Shown: positions 1 through 10,430, numbered from the stretch's first letter. The stretch is DNA of 51,083 nucleotides from an uncultured Collinsella sp. (GCA_900546965.1 URFE01000001.1:1-51083); one strand, 5' to 3'. The notes: generated from the sequence alone by a model not told the origin. Made by a program: numbers and translations.

Positions 1-49
1 ATCTACACCTATTAAGTCGTCGGCAGCGTCAGATGTGTATAAGAGACAG
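1..49 (+). other. Untrimmed Illumina P5 end + 8-nt i5 index + Nextera read-1 adapter/Tn5 mosaic end (artifact)
   Basis: ATCTACAC (1-8), CTATTAAG (9-16), TCGTCGGCAGCGTC (17-30), AGATGTGTATAAGAGACAG (31-49); gives the spurious LSLIHI end on the proS ORF. Confidence 0.98.
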
Positions 50-898
50 CGACTTGCGCGTGCCGTTCTCGGGGAAGCCAAAGAACTTAGCAACAGCTTC
101 GATGGTGCCCATGCCCGGAGTCTCGACCTTGGTGAGCGTACCGTCGCCGGGGCCCTCAGTCACAACGACCTTGGTGCTTGCGGCCTCATCGTCGGCAGCG
201 AAGCCACAATCGTCGCAGTAGACGAGCGAAGCCTCGCCGGCGTCGGCCAAAGCCATGTACTCGACGGAGGTATCGCCACCGATCTCACCGGAGTCGGCAA
301 CAACGGGCAGGGCCTTGATATAGCAGCGCTCGCAGATGTTAGCGTAGGCCTGCTTCATCTTGTCATACTCCTCCTGCAGACTCTCCTGCGTGGCAGAGAA
401 GCTGTAGGCGTCCTTCATGATGAACTCGCGACCGCGCATCAGGCCAAAGCGGGGACGGAACTCGTCGCGGAACTTATCCTGGATGTGATAGAGGTTCACC
501 GGCAGCTGCTTGTAGGAACGCAGCTCATTGCGCACCAGGGCAGTCACGGTCTCCTCGTGCGTGGGTCCGAGAACAAACTCGCGGCCGTGGCGGTCATCAA
601 AGCGCACAAGCTCCTTGCCATAGGCGTCGATGCGGCCGGACTCACGCCACAACTCGGCGTCGACCATGATAGGCATCATAAGCTCCTGGGCACCGGCGGC
701 ATCCATCTCGTCGCGCACGATGTTCTCGATCTTGCGAATCGAGCGCCATGCGAGCGGCAGGTAGGAATACAGACCGGCGGCCTCCTTGCGGATCATGCCG
801 GCACGGAGCAGCAGGCGGTGGCTGGCGAGCTCAGCGTCCGCCGGATCCTCTTTAAGCGTCGGCGCATAGAGCTTAGACATATACATTGCTCGGGTCAT
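50..898 (-). CDS. proS: Prolyl-tRNA synthetase, N-terminal part (truncated by contig end)
   Basis: SHRLLLRAGMIR, LGPTHEE, FRDEFRPRFGLMRGREFIMKDAYSF motifs; follows ispG. Confidence 0.96.
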
Positions 899-1981
899 TT
901 ATTTCTCCTCAATAAGCTTGTCGACCTCTGCCATAAGCGCGTCGACAATTTGATCCTCAGCTACTTTACCAATGATCTGGCCATGCGAAAAGAGCAAGGC
1001 CTGACCACGTCCGCAAGCAACGCCCAGATCGGCATCAGAAGCCTCGCCGGGGCCATTAACGACACATCCCATCACAGCGATCGAAAGCGGCGCGGAGTAG
1101 TTCTTAAGCCGCTCGGTAACCTCCTCGGCAATGGGAATAAGGTTAACCTGGCAGCGGGCGCATGTGGGGCACGAGACAATCTCGGGGCCACGGCGACGCA
1201 GGCCCAACGACTGCAGAATACCCCAGGCAACCGGCGGCTCCTCAACCGGATCGGCTGTGAGCGACACACGCATGGTGTCGCCAATGCCTTCGGAAAGCAA
1301 GATACCCAAGCCTACAGAGCTCTTGATGGTGCCCTGGAGCTTGGTCCCCGCCTCCGTCACGCCCAGGTGAAGCGGAACGTGGGGAATCTCACGCGACAGG
1401 GCTCGATAGGTATCAAGCGTCGTTTGCACGCTATGGGCCTTGGCCGAAAGCACAATGTTCGTAAAACCGCGGTCCTCAAAGTGCTTGACGAAGCGCTCGC
1501 TCGACATCACGAGCTTCTCGGGCTGCGTAAGCTCATCGCGCTCAGCGATATCCTGCTCGAGTGAGCCGGCGTTGACACCGATGCGAATCGCACAGCCCGC
1601 AGCGCCGGCGGCGTCGATGACGGCATCGACCTTAGCCCAATCGCCGATATTGCCGGGATTGATGCGAAGCTTGGCGGCGCCAGCCTCGACGGCGCCGATG
1701 GCGAGCTTATGGTTAAAGTGAATATCGGCGACGATCGGCACCGGAGACTCGGCACAGATGGTGCGGAAACCCTCAAGCGCGGCCTCGGTGGGCACGCTCA
1801 CACGCACGATATCGCAGCCAGCCTGCGCCAACGCGCACACTTGCGCAAGCGTTGCCTGGGCGTCAGCGGTATCGGTGCAGGTCATGGATTGGACCACCAC
1901 CGGCGCGCCGCCACCGATCTGCACACCGCCCACATGCACGGTGCGCGTCAACTCGCGAGGCAAAGGATGGGATAAAGACAA
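899..1981 (-). CDS. ispG: HMBPP synthase (IspG/GcpE)
   Basis: VVVQSMT, VADIHF, RINPGN, IRIGVNAGSL, SCPTCAR, MGCVVNGPGE; TTG start at 1981 inferred from GGGGAG SD (GTG at 1990 is an alternative). Confidence 0.96.
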   Translation of the reverse strand: MSLSHPLPRELTRTVHVGGVQIGGGAPVVVQSMTCTDTADAQATLAQVCALAQAGCDIVRVSVPTEAALEGFRTICAESPVPIVADIHFNHKLAIGAVEAGAAKLRINPGNIGDWAKVDAVIDAAGAAGCAIRIGVNAGSLEQDIAERDELTQPEKLVMSSERFVKHFEDRGFTNIVLSAKAHSVQTTLDTYRALSREIPHVPLHLGVTEAGTKLQGTIKSSVGLGILLSEGIGDTMRVSLTADPVEEPPVAWGILQSLGLRRRGPEIVSCPTCARCQVNLIPIAEEVTERLKNYSAPLSIAVMGCVVNGPGEASDADLGVACGRGQALLFSHGQIIGKVAEDQIVDALMAEVDKLIEEK

Positions 1982-1994
1982 TCCAAACACTCCC

Positions 1995-3356
1995 CTACAG
2001 GATAAATCGAAGGACGTCGGAACGAAGCATATAGACAAACAGCAGCGCAAAGAGCGCGATGCCCACATAGCTCACAATCGTCTGGACCTTGAGCGGAAGC
2101 TCGCGGCCAGCAATCTTTTGAATGATCTCGATGACCAGCTTGCCGCCATCGAGTGGTGGGATGGGCAGCAGGTTCATAAAGCCAAGCGAGAACGAAATGA
2201 GGGCGGCAAACGAAAGGAACGTGGCAGGGCCGGCAGCAGCAGCCTGTGAGGACATAACGCTAATGCCCACGATCGAAGAAGACTGATCGAGAATCTCCAT
2301 CGTATGCTGCGGCTGGAGCAGGCGCATCACGCCCTCCGCTGTCTGCACGACATAGGAGAACGAAAGGCGAGCCGACGTGATGGGGTCTAAACGGACCACC
2401 TGCGTAGAGGCATACACACCTAGGCGCTCGTCCTCTTTGAGCGCAACCGAGGTCGAATGCTGCTTGCCGTCACGCTCGTACTCGATGGCGATATCGTCCT
2501 TGCCGGCGGCCTTGCCGATGGCATCGTAAACGTCCATCCAGGTAGAGCACGATACTCCGTCAACCGAAAGGATCGCGTCGCCGCCCTCGATACCCGCCTT
2601 GGCGGCAATAGACCCCTCGTCAACCTGACCGATCACGTTGGTATCCATCGGCACGGTGACACCCGCAATAGAGTAGATGCTCATAAGCAGCAAAAAGCCC
2701 GTCAGGATATTGACGAGAATGCCCGCGAGCAGCATAAAGGCGCGCTTGAGAAAACCCTGGCCCAGATAGGTATGCGAACGCTCTTGCGCAAGGAACTCGG
2801 CTTCGCCGCACGGCAGCTCCCACACATCGCCCTCGGTAGTCGCATGCTCTCGATCGAAACGGCGGCCGTCAAAGGTGGTGTAACCCGCCGCATCTCGTGG
2901 CAGCGTCTGATACTTGGTGGGATAGTAGCTCGGCGAGGGCTTCTCCCCTTCCTCATACCAAGGCGCGATAGAGCCCCAACCCAAGAGCAAGGCGCATGCC
3001 TCGAGCACAACCTCCTCGGATAGCTCGAGCTCGGCGGCAAGGTCGGCCACGGTCACGCGACCATGACGATAGATAGCCGCGAGCACGCGATCGGCGCACG
3101 AGACGTCGGTCGGATCCATACCGCAGATGGCAGCGTAGCCACCCAGCAGCAGCGGGGTCACGCCAAACTTGGTTCCAATGCGACGTGACGTGTAATGGAT
3201 GTCAAAGCGACACGGCAGGCCCAAAAAGAACTCGGTCACACGGACGCCGCAGGCACGCGCCGCCAAAAAGTGGCCGCCCTCGTGCAAAAACACAAGGACG
3301 GAAAGCATCAGCAGGCCCCAAAAGACCGATGAGAGAACGCTCAGAACAGTATCCAT
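1995..3356 (-). CDS. rseP: Site-2 intramembrane zinc metalloprotease RseP/RasP with PDZ domain and an HTH-like insertion
   Basis: HEGGH, LGGYA, PDZ (SIAAKAGIEGGDAILSVDG), NLLPIPPLDGG; between dxr and ispG; start uncertain (3356 or 3371). Confidence 0.93.
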   Translation of the reverse strand: MDTVLSVLSSVFWGLLMLSVLVFLHEGGHFLAARACGVRVTEFFLGLPCRFDIHYTSRRIGTKFGVTPLLLGGYAAICGMDPTDVSCADRVLAAIYRHGRVTVADLAAELELSEEVVLEACALLLGWGSIAPWYEEGEKPSPSYYPTKYQTLPRDAAGYTTFDGRRFDREHATTEGDVWELPCGEAEFLAQERSHTYLGQGFLKRAFMLLAGILVNILTGFLLLMSIYSIAGVTVPMDTNVIGQVDEGSIAAKAGIEGGDAILSVDGVSCSTWMDVYDAIGKAAGKDDIAIEYERDGKQHSTSVALKEDERLGVYASTQVVRLDPITSARLSFSYVVQTAEGVMRLLQPQHTMEILDQSSSIVGISVMSSQAAAAGPATFLSFAALISFSLGFMNLLPIPPLDGGKLVIEIIQKIAGRELPLKVQTIVSYVGIALFALLFVYMLRSDVLRFIL

Positions 3357-3381
3357 AAAACGAAAAAGCAATCCTTATGGG

Positions 3382-4569
3382 TTAGGAACGGGTTGCGGCG
3401 AGCACCTGCGCAGCCTTTTCACGCGCCCATGCATCGATGTCGCGAAGCTGCTCAAACGAATCGACCGCCTGCATATCGTGGGCATCCATGCAGGATTCCA
3501 CAATGCGATCGATATCGGTAAAGTTGCAGCCATCGTGCAGGAAGGCATCGACGGCGACCTCGTTGGCGGCATTGAGCACGCACGGCATGGTGCCACCCGT
3601 CTTGCCGGCACGTTCGGCCAGTGCCAGACAGCGGAAGGTATCCATGTCGGCAGCATCAAACGTGAGCTGCCCCAGCTCGCGGAAATCGATACGAGGCGCC
3701 GGGGTATCCCAACGCTCGGGATACGAGAACGCGAACTGGATGGGAATACGCATGTCGGAAGCACCGAGATGCGCCATCACGGAGCCGTCGGCAAACTCGA
3801 CCATAGAGTGAATCTTGGACTGACGCTGCACGACTACGTTAATGAAATCGAGGTCGCAGTTAAACAGATGCATGGCCTCAATGCGCTCCAGGCCCTTGTT
3901 CATGAGGGTGGCGGAGTCGATGGTGATCTTGGCACCCATGGCCCACGTGGGATGTGCGAGGGCATCGGCACGCGTCACGCGATTGAGCTCGTCGCGCGTA
4001 CGGCCAAAGAACGGACCGCCCGAGCAGGTAAGCCAAATACAATGAGCCTCGCGTGGGTCCTCCCCCAGATAGCACTGGTAGATGGCGGAGTGCTCAGAGT
4101 CGACTGGAATAAGCTGGCCCGGTTGTGCCAACGGCATAAGCAAGTCGCCACCGACGACGAGGGACTCCTTGTTGGCAAGGGCAAGGCGCTTATTAGAGGT
4201 CAAGGCCGCATGGCTCGCCTCGAGACCGGCGGCGCCCACAATAGCAACGAGCACGCAGTCGACATCGTCGCGACGCGCGAGCTCGCAAACCGCCTGCGCG
4301 CCAACGCCGAGCTTCGTTCCCTCGGGCAACTCCTGCAGCACGGCGTCATCGCCGTGAGCGACATCGGCCACGGCAACCGCCGGAACCGAGAACTCGCGGG
4401 CAGCGGCAACGAGCTCAGAGGTGCTGGAGTTAACGGACAGCGCCGTCACCTGCAGGCGATCAGCATGCTGACGGCACACATCGAGTGCCTGGGTGCCGAT
4501 AGAGCCCGTACAACCCAGGATGGCAACACGGAGGCGTCCATCGGGGCCATACGTCGTCTGGAATGACAT
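3382..4569 (-). CDS. dxr: 1-deoxy-D-xylulose 5-phosphate reductoisomerase
   Basis: ILGCTGSIG, LANKESLV, PVDSEHSA, HPTWAMGAKITIDSATLMNKGLE. Confidence 0.97.
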   Translation of the reverse strand: MSFQTTYGPDGRLRVAILGCTGSIGTQALDVCRQHADRLQVTALSVNSSTSELVAAAREFSVPAVAVADVAHGDDAVLQELPEGTKLGVGAQAVCELARRDDVDCVLVAIVGAAGLEASHAALTSNKRLALANKESLVVGGDLLMPLAQPGQLIPVDSEHSAIYQCYLGEDPREAHCIWLTCSGGPFFGRTRDELNRVTRADALAHPTWAMGAKITIDSATLMNKGLERIEAMHLFNCDLDFINVVVQRQSKIHSMVEFADGSVMAHLGASDMRIPIQFAFSYPERWDTPAPRIDFRELGQLTFDAADMDTFRCLALAERAGKTGGTMPCVLNAANEVAVDAFLHDGCNFTDIDRIVESCMDAHDMQAVDSFEQLRDIDAWAREKAAQVLAATRS

Positions 4570-5468
4570 TACAGCACGCCTCCGATCATCAAAAGCAGCT
4601 GAGCGGTAATGCAGCCAAAGATAAGCGAGTCGCTACGGTCGAGCATGCCGCCATGGCCCGGGATAAGGTTGCCGGAATCCTTGACGCCCACGCCACGCTT
4701 GATGCGCGACTCGATAAGGTCGCCGATAACGCCCAAAATGGACACGACCACGCCGCACAGCAGCGCATAGGGCAGGCTGAGCTTGTAGAAGTGCGTCGCC
4801 CACAGGATGAGCCAAATCAAAACCGAGCCCAGGATGCCGCCGACAAAACCCTCCCAGCTCTTTTTGGGAGAGATCTTGGGAACCATCTTGTGCTTGCCGA
4901 TACGGCTGCCCACAATGTAGGCAAACGAATCGGAGACCCAAAGGGACGCGCAAACGCCCACTGAAAGCAGGGCGCCGGCAAAACCGGGCACGGCATCGCG
5001 CAGCAGCACGATAGCCGACAGCATAAAGCCAGTGTAGATGGGACCCATGAGCGTCACGGCCACATCAGAGATGCGGGTACGCGGCGACCAGACATACCAA
5101 ATGCCCACAGCGAGCATCAGGGCAAAAAGCAGGGCATTCAGCAACATCGAATCGCCCAGCGCCGACAGCGGAAAGAGCACGGCGGCAGCGATGCCCATGC
5201 GCTCGTTAGCCATCTTGCCATCGAGCCTCGTCATACGGAAAAACTCATAGCAGCACAGACCGCTCATGACGGAAACAAAGATGGCAGTGGGCACGATACC
5301 CAAAACCAGACACAGGATAAAGACAACGGCGTAGACGATACCCGCGGCGGCACGGGTAATAAAGCCCGCCAGCCACGAACCGGTGCCGCTCTTCGCTGTA
5401 GGCGCTCCCGCAGCGGTAGCTTTGCGCGCAGGCGTCTTGGGAGCAGATGCCTTGGGACGATCGGACAC
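4569..5468 (-). CDS. cdsA: Phosphatidate cytidylyltransferase
   Basis: ISPKKSWEG, GDLIESRIKR, KDSGNLIPGHGGMLDRSD; multi-TM. Confidence 0.96.
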   Translation of the reverse strand: MSDRPKASAPKTPARKATAAGAPTAKSGTGSWLAGFITRAAAGIVYAVVFILCLVLGIVPTAIFVSVMSGLCCYEFFRMTRLDGKMANERMGIAAAVLFPLSALGDSMLLNALLFALMLAVGIWYVWSPRTRISDVAVTLMGPIYTGFMLSAIVLLRDAVPGFAGALLSVGVCASLWVSDSFAYIVGSRIGKHKMVPKISPKKSWEGFVGGILGSVLIWLILWATHFYKLSLPYALLCGVVVSILGVIGDLIESRIKRGVGVKDSGNLIPGHGGMLDRSDSLIFGCITAQLLLMIGGVL

Positions 5469-5470
5469 GA

Positions 5471-6265
5471 TTAAGCCTCCTCGGTCTTGCTCAGTCCACC
5501 AAACCTACGGTCACGGCCCTGATAGGCCAAAATGGCGTCGACAAGGCCCCAACGATCAAAGTCGGGCCAATAGGTATCGGTGACATAGAACTCGGAATAA
5601 GCCACCTGCCACAGCAGATAGTTCGAAAGGCGCAGCTCACCAGAGGTGCGAATCACAAGCTCAGGATCGGGAAGGCCGGCGGTATAGAGGTGGGAAGCCA
5701 CCATGTCGTCATCAATTGCGGCAGGATCAATCTTACCGGCGGCAACGTCGAGCGCGATCTGACGGACAGCGCGGGTAATCTCGGCACGCGCGCCGTAGTT
5801 GACGGCAAGCGCCAGCGTCATACCGGTGTGATCGGCGCACTCGGCAAGACCGCGTTCAAAAACGTCGCGGGTCTTCTTGGGCAGCGCGGAAATATCACCC
5901 AAAAAGACAACGCGCACGTTTTCGCGCTTCAGAAGCGGCAACTCGTCGATGAACGTCTTGGCAAACAAGTGCATCAAGACGTTGACCTCATGCTGCGGGC
6001 GGTTCCAGTTTTCGGTAGAAAACGCATAGGCAGAAAGCACGTCGACGCCCAGGCGCACGCAGGCGGTAATGATCTCGCGAAGGGAGACGATACCCGCCTT
6101 GTGGCCCTCAGTGCGCGCAAGACCGCGCGACGTGGCCCAACGACCGTTGCCGTCCATGATGCACGAGATATGGTGCGGAATGTTATTGAGGTCAAGGTCG
6201 GAAAAACCGACGCCCGCAGGGGCGTCGGCAAAGTACTCGACCAGTTTATGCTCGTCGTATTGCAC
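5471..6265 (-). CDS. uppS: Undecaprenyl/isoprenyl diphosphate synthase
   Basis: IMDGNGRWA, YAFSTENWNRP, IRTSGELRLSNYLLWQ. Confidence 0.97.
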   Translation of the reverse strand: MQYDEHKLVEYFADAPAGVGFSDLDLNNIPHHISCIMDGNGRWATSRGLARTEGHKAGIVSLREIITACVRLGVDVLSAYAFSTENWNRPQHEVNVLMHLFAKTFIDELPLLKRENVRVVFLGDISALPKKTRDVFERGLAECADHTGMTLALAVNYGARAEITRAVRQIALDVAAGKIDPAAIDDDMVASHLYTAGLPDPELVIRTSGELRLSNYLLWQVAYSEFYVTDTYWPDFDRWGLVDAILAYQGRDRRFGGLSKTEEA

Positions 6266-6266
6266 C

Positions 6267-6803
6267 TTAGATCTCCATGACCTCGGCTTCTTTTTCCTTC
6301 AAAAGCTCCTCGACCTTGGCGACATACTCATCGGTGTGCTTCTGGACCTTGGCCTGCTCGCGACGGACATCGTCCTCGGTGAGCTCTTCATCGCGCTCGA
6401 GCTTGTTGTTGAAATCGCGACGGATGTTACGGATAGACACCTTGGCCTGCTCGGCGTACTCGCGGCACTCCTTGACGAGCTCGCGACGGCGCTCCTCAGT
6501 GGGAGCCGGGAACGGAAGGCGAACGACGGTGCCATCGGAGTTGGGAGTAATACCCAGATCGGAAGCGCCGATGGCCTTGACGATAGCATTGATGAGTGCC
6601 TTGTCCCACGGCTCGATGAGCAGCATGTGGGCCTCGGGGGTCTTGACGGCGGCAACCTGCGTGACCGGCGTGGGAACACCGTAATAATCGACGGTGATGT
6701 CGGACAGAATGTTGGCATTGGCGCGGCCGGTACGAACCTTGGAGAAGTTATGCTTGAGGGACTCGAGCGACTTGTCCATATGGGCGGTGATGTTCTCTGC
6801 CAT
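6267..6803 (-). CDS. frr: Ribosome recycling factor
   Basis: VRTGRAN, YYGVPTP, PTEERRRELVK, IRNIRRD. Confidence 0.97.
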   Translation of the reverse strand: MAENITAHMDKSLESLKHNFSKVRTGRANANILSDITVDYYGVPTPVTQVAAVKTPEAHMLLIEPWDKALINAIVKAIGASDLGITPNSDGTVVRLPFPAPTEERRRELVKECREYAEQAKVSIRNIRRDFNNKLERDEELTEDDVRREQAKVQKHTDEYVAKVEELLKEKEAEVMEI

Positions 6804-6805
6804 GC

Positions 6806-7528
6806 TTAATCCTCCTGATAGACGAGCGTGCCGACGGACTCACCCGAAAGCGCGCGCTTGACGGTGTCCTCGCCATCGATGTTGAGGACCAAAATCGGCA
6901 TACGGTTATCCTGGCACAATGCCGTAGCCGTGGAATCCATAACCTGCAGACCGCGGACGAGAACCTCGTGATAGGTAATCTTGTCAAAACGGACGGCATC
7001 GGCGCACTTGACGGGATCCTTGTCGTAGATGCCGTCAACCTTGGTAGCTTTAATCAGAATCTCGGCGCCGATCTCGCACGCACGAAGAGCCGCGGCGGTG
7101 TCGGTCGTAAAGTACGGATTGCCCGAACCGGCAGCGAAGATGACGACGTTGCCCTTAGACAGATGGTTGATAGCGCGGCGACGAATATAGGGCTCACAGA
7201 TCTCGTTCATCTGGATAGCGCTCATCACGCGGCAGGGAACATCGTTGTGCTCGAAGGCATCCTGCAGGGCGAGCGCGTTCATAACGGTTGCCAGCATGCC
7301 CATGTAGTCGGCCTGAGCACGCTCCATGCCACCGGCAGCGCCGGCCATGCCGCGGAAAATATTGCCGCCGCCGACAACGACGCCGACCTCATGGCCAACG
7401 GCGAGCAGCTCCTTGACCTGCTTAGCAAGATGGTCGGTAACCTTGGGGTCGATGCCATATTGGCCGTCGCCCATCAGCGCTTCGCCGGAAAGCTTAAGAA
7501 GCACGCGTTTATATCGGATGTCGGACAA
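6806..7528 (-). CDS. pyrH: UMP kinase
   Basis: [38 protein letters not shown]. Confidence 0.97.
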   Translation of the reverse strand: MSDIRYKRVLLKLSGEALMGDGQYGIDPKVTDHLAKQVKELLAVGHEVGVVVGGGNIFRGMAGAAGGMERAQADYMGMLATVMNALALQDAFEHNDVPCRVMSAIQMNEICEPYIRRRAINHLSKGNVVIFAAGSGNPYFTTDTAAALRACEIGAEILIKATKVDGIYDKDPVKCADAVRFDKITYHEVLVRGLQVMDSTATALCQDNRMPILVLNIDGEDTVKRALSGESVGTLVYQED

Positions 7529-7588
7529 AGCGATCCTCCTTTAGATTGAACTCTCAACATTCTATCAAAGGCTCTAAGAAGAGCCATG

Positions 7589-7623
7589 AAAAAGCAGGCT
7601 GTGAGTAAAACCCACAGCCTGCT
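7589..7623 (-). terminator. Intrinsic terminator after tsf
   Basis: GCAGGCTGTG/CACAGCCTGC stem followed by a U5 tract on the minus strand. Confidence 0.8.
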
Positions 7624-7646
7624 CATTACCAGCTACAAGAGCTTAT

Positions 7647-8516
7647 TTACTCGCCACGGACCAGACGGTCAAAGGCAACGACGGTAATGGTGTCGCCGAG
7701 CTCCTTGGAGACCTGCTCAGCGTACTTCTTGATGGTGAGGGAGCTGTCCTTGATGAACTCCTGCTCGGTGAGCACGGACTGCTTGTAGAACTTCTCCAGA
7801 CGGCCGACAGCCATCTTCTCCTGGATAGCCTCGGGCTTGCCGGACTCGGCAGCCTGGGCCATGTAGATCTGCTTCTCGTGCTCGACGGTCTCGGCCGGAA
7901 CCTGATCGCGGGTAGCGCAGATCGGGGCGACGGCAGCAACCTGAAGGGCAACGTCGTGAGCGAAGGTCTTGAAGGACTCAGCCTGAGCGGTCTCGGCCTT
8001 CTCGAAGGCGAACTCGACGAGGACGCCGATCTTACCACCCATGTGGATGTAAGAAGCGAGCGCGCCGTTCTCGGCCTTGCGGGCAGCGAAGCGGGAGATC
8101 TTCATGTTCTCGCCCATGATGTGAATCATCTCGGTGAGCTCGGAGGAAACGGTCTCCTCGCCCATCGGCTTCTCGAGCAGAGCGTCGACGTCAGCAGGCT
8201 CGGTGGTAGCGACAACCTCAGCGACCTTGGAAGCAAAGCCGGTGAACTTGGCGTTAGAGCCAACGAAGTCGGTCTCGCAGGAGAGCTCGAGCAGAGCGCC
8301 GGTCTTGCCATCCTCGGAGACGAACGCGGCGACAGCGCCCTCGTTGGTCTCACGGCCAGCCTTCTTGGCAGCCTTGGCAAGGCCGTTCTTACGCAGAACG
8401 TCGACAGCGGCGTCCATGTCGCCGTCAGCCTCGACGAGAGCCTTCTTGCACTCCATCATCGGGGAGTCGGTCATCTCGCGGAGCTGCTTGACCATAGCGG
8501 CGGTAATCTGGGCCAT
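7647..8516 (-). CDS. tsf: Elongation factor Ts
   Basis: VKQLREMT, MMECKKAL, ELSCETDFV, GENMKISRF; ATG 8516 after GAAAGGA. Confidence 0.97.
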   Translation of the reverse strand: MAQITAAMVKQLREMTDSPMMECKKALVEADGDMDAAVDVLRKNGLAKAAKKAGRETNEGAVAAFVSEDGKTGALLELSCETDFVGSNAKFTGFASKVAEVVATTEPADVDALLEKPMGEETVSSELTEMIHIMGENMKISRFAARKAENGALASYIHMGGKIGVLVEFAFEKAETAQAESFKTFAHDVALQVAAVAPICATRDQVPAETVEHEKQIYMAQAAESGKPEAIQEKMAVGRLEKFYKQSVLTEQEFIKDSSLTIKKYAEQVSKELGDTITVVAFDRLVRGE

Positions 8517-8561
8517 TGTGGTTCCTTTCAAAGAGATGAAAAAGAATTAACTAAGACTGAT

Positions 8562-9290
8562 TTACTCGGCCTTGGGCTCAGCGGCCATCTCGGCCTCGGA
8601 GACCTGCTCCTTGCCGGAGCCAGCGAGGCAGGCGTCAGCCATGAGCTCGCACATAAGGGTGACAGCGGAGATAGCGTCATCGTTGCAGGGGATGCCGTAC
8701 TCGACCTCGTCGGGATCGGAGTTGGTGTCGATCAGAGCGACGACGGGGATGTTCAGGCGCTGAGCCTCCTTGATGGCGTTCTCCTCGCGCTTGGTGTCGA
8801 TGACGAAGAGAGCCTGGGGCAGACCCTTCATGTCGCGGGCGCCACCGAGGTTGGTCTGGAGCTTGGTGAGCTCCTTGCCGAGAACAGCCTGCTCCTTCTT
8901 GGGCAGAACAGCCATGCGGCCGTCCTCGACCATGGCCTCGAGCTCCTCCATGCGGTTGATGCGGGAGCGGATGGTGACGAAGTTGGTCAGCATACCGCCG
9001 AGCCAACGCTGGTTGATGTAAGGCATGTTGGCGCGCTCAGCAGCGTTCTTGACGGCCTCCTGAGCCTGCTTCTTGGTGCCGACGAACAGCACGTTGCCAC
9101 CCTTGGCGACGTTCTTGACGAAGGTGTAGGCCTGGTCGGCGTCGAGAATGGTCTGCTTGAGGTCGAGGATGTAGATGCCGTTACGCTCACCGAAGATGAA
9201 CGGCCTCATCTTGGGGTTCCAGCGACGGGTCTGGTGACCGAAGTGGCAGCCGGCCTCGAGCAGGGTGCGGATATTAATCTTGGTAGCCAT
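8562..9290 (-). CDS. rpsB: 30S ribosomal protein S2
   Basis: [38 protein letters not shown]. Confidence 0.98.
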   Translation of the reverse strand: MATKINIRTLLEAGCHFGHQTRRWNPKMRPFIFGERNGIYILDLKQTILDADQAYTFVKNVAKGGNVLFVGTKKQAQEAVKNAAERANMPYINQRWLGGMLTNFVTIRSRINRMEELEAMVEDGRMAVLPKKEQAVLGKELTKLQTNLGGARDMKGLPQALFVIDTKREENAIKEAQRLNIPVVALIDTNSDPDEVEYGIPCNDDAISAVTLMCELMADACLAGSGKEQVSEAEMAAEPKAE

Positions 9291-9425
9291 GTTAAACCTC
9301 CTGTGGTTTGCCTCCGCGCGGGGTCATCCTCCAAAACCAACCCGGACATGTGCTACCAAAGCCCGGGCACCACGGTATGAAGTAGCCGCGCGTGCGTGAT
9401 AAAAACATGTTGCCGTGAAGCAACC
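9291..9425 (-). promoter_or_regulatory. Structured rpsB 5' leader (S2 autoregulatory leader-like)
   Basis: ~135-nt 5'UTR with CGCGCGG...CCGCGCGGAGG long-range pairing and internal hairpins, in the position of known S2 leaders. Confidence 0.6.
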
Positions 9426-9431
9426 CGATGA

Positions 9432-9460
9432 ATGATAGCAGGAATGCCTCTTCCTGCCAA
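9432..9460 (-). promoter_or_regulatory. Housekeeping-sigma promoter of rpsB-tsf
   Basis: TTGGCA-17 nt-TATCAT on the minus strand. Confidence 0.65.
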
Positions 9461-9509
9461 CCCGCAATCAAAACCACACACCTGAGTGCGGCGCGGGACG
9501 TCCCAGCCA

Positions 9510-10430
9510 CTATTCGCCGCGGGGATGGGCTTGAGCCACAGCCCGCTTAAGCCGATCGGGTGTGAGATGCGTGTAGATCTGCGTCGTGGACAGGCTCGCA
9601 TGACCTAGCAGCTCTTGAACCGAGCGCAGGTCCGCACCGCCCTCGAGCAAGTCGGTCGCAAAGGTGTGGCGCATCGCATGCGGGGCGATGTCAGCCGGAA
9701 TGCCGGCGAGCGTCGCCAGCATATGGAACCGCCGCCTGAGCATGGCGGCACTCATGCGATTGCCGCGCGCCGATATAAGCAGCGGATGCGGCCCGGTAGC
9801 GAGGTCGCGGCGCTTTGCCCGAGCGAGCAACTCCGGCCTCCCCTCTTCAATATAAAGACGCGTCACATCGAGCGCACGACGATACAGAGGAACGATGCGC
9901 TCCTTGCTTCCCTTGCCCCACAGGCGCAGCGTGCGCTCGGACCATGAGATGGATTCCACATTAAGCGCCGCAAGCTCTGAGATGCGGGCACCCGAGGCAT
10001 AGAGCAACTCGAGCATCGCCGCATCGCGCAGTCCCGCGGGTGTCGAGGTATCAGGCGTCTTGAGCAGCGCCTCGACCTGCTGGGTCGTAAGGACGCCCGG
10101 CAGGTCACGCGGCAGCTTGGGCGACGCGATCGCCGAGACCGCATCGCCCTCGACAATCCCCTCGGCAGCCATCCAGCGATAGAGAGATCGGATAGCCGAC
10201 AGGTGCGCCGCAAGCGTTCGGTGAGCCACCTGCTCACGCGAAAGCTCGGCAAGATAGCGACGAATGGTGCGCACGTCGGCAGCGAAAGCATCAATATCCT
10301 CGCGCTCGCACCAGGCAGCAAAGCGCTCTAGCCTCGAGCCATAGGCCGTCACCGTGTTGGGAGAAAGTCCCTCGACGCGTGCGATATAGGCGATAAACGA
10401 GTCGACGGTGTCGTACAGGTCAAAGGCTAT
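9510..10430 (-). CDS. xerC: Tyrosine recombinase XerC/XerD family
   Basis: LYASGARISEL, GKGSKER, PHAMRHTFAT, LLGH, TTQIYTH; the frame is open upstream of GTG 10352 to an ATA at 10430 preceded by GGAGG; XerC versus XerD assigned from position after trmFO. Confidence 0.88.
   Translation of the reverse strand: MAFDLYDTVDSFIAYIARVEGLSPNTVTAYGSRLERFAAWCEREDIDAFAADVRTIRRYLAELSREQVAHRTLAAHLSAIRSLYRWMAAEGIVEGDAVSAIASPKLPRDLPGVLTTQQVEALLKTPDTSTPAGLRDAAMLELLYASGARISELAALNVESISWSERTLRLWGKGSKERIVPLYRRALDVTRLYIEEGRPELLARAKRRDLATGPHPLLISARGNRMSAAMLRRRFHMLATLAGIPADIAPHAMRHTFATDLLEGGADLRSVQELLGHASLSTTQIYTHLTPDRLKRAVAQAHPRGE

Noticed and set aside
29..898. proS as a pseudogene or Tn5 insertion
   Set aside because: The junction carries Illumina index and P5 sequence, so it is a library artifact
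9510..10430. Tyrosine recombinase as the integrase of a mobile element
   Set aside because: Canonical dprA-trmFO-xerC housekeeping context with no cargo or att sites
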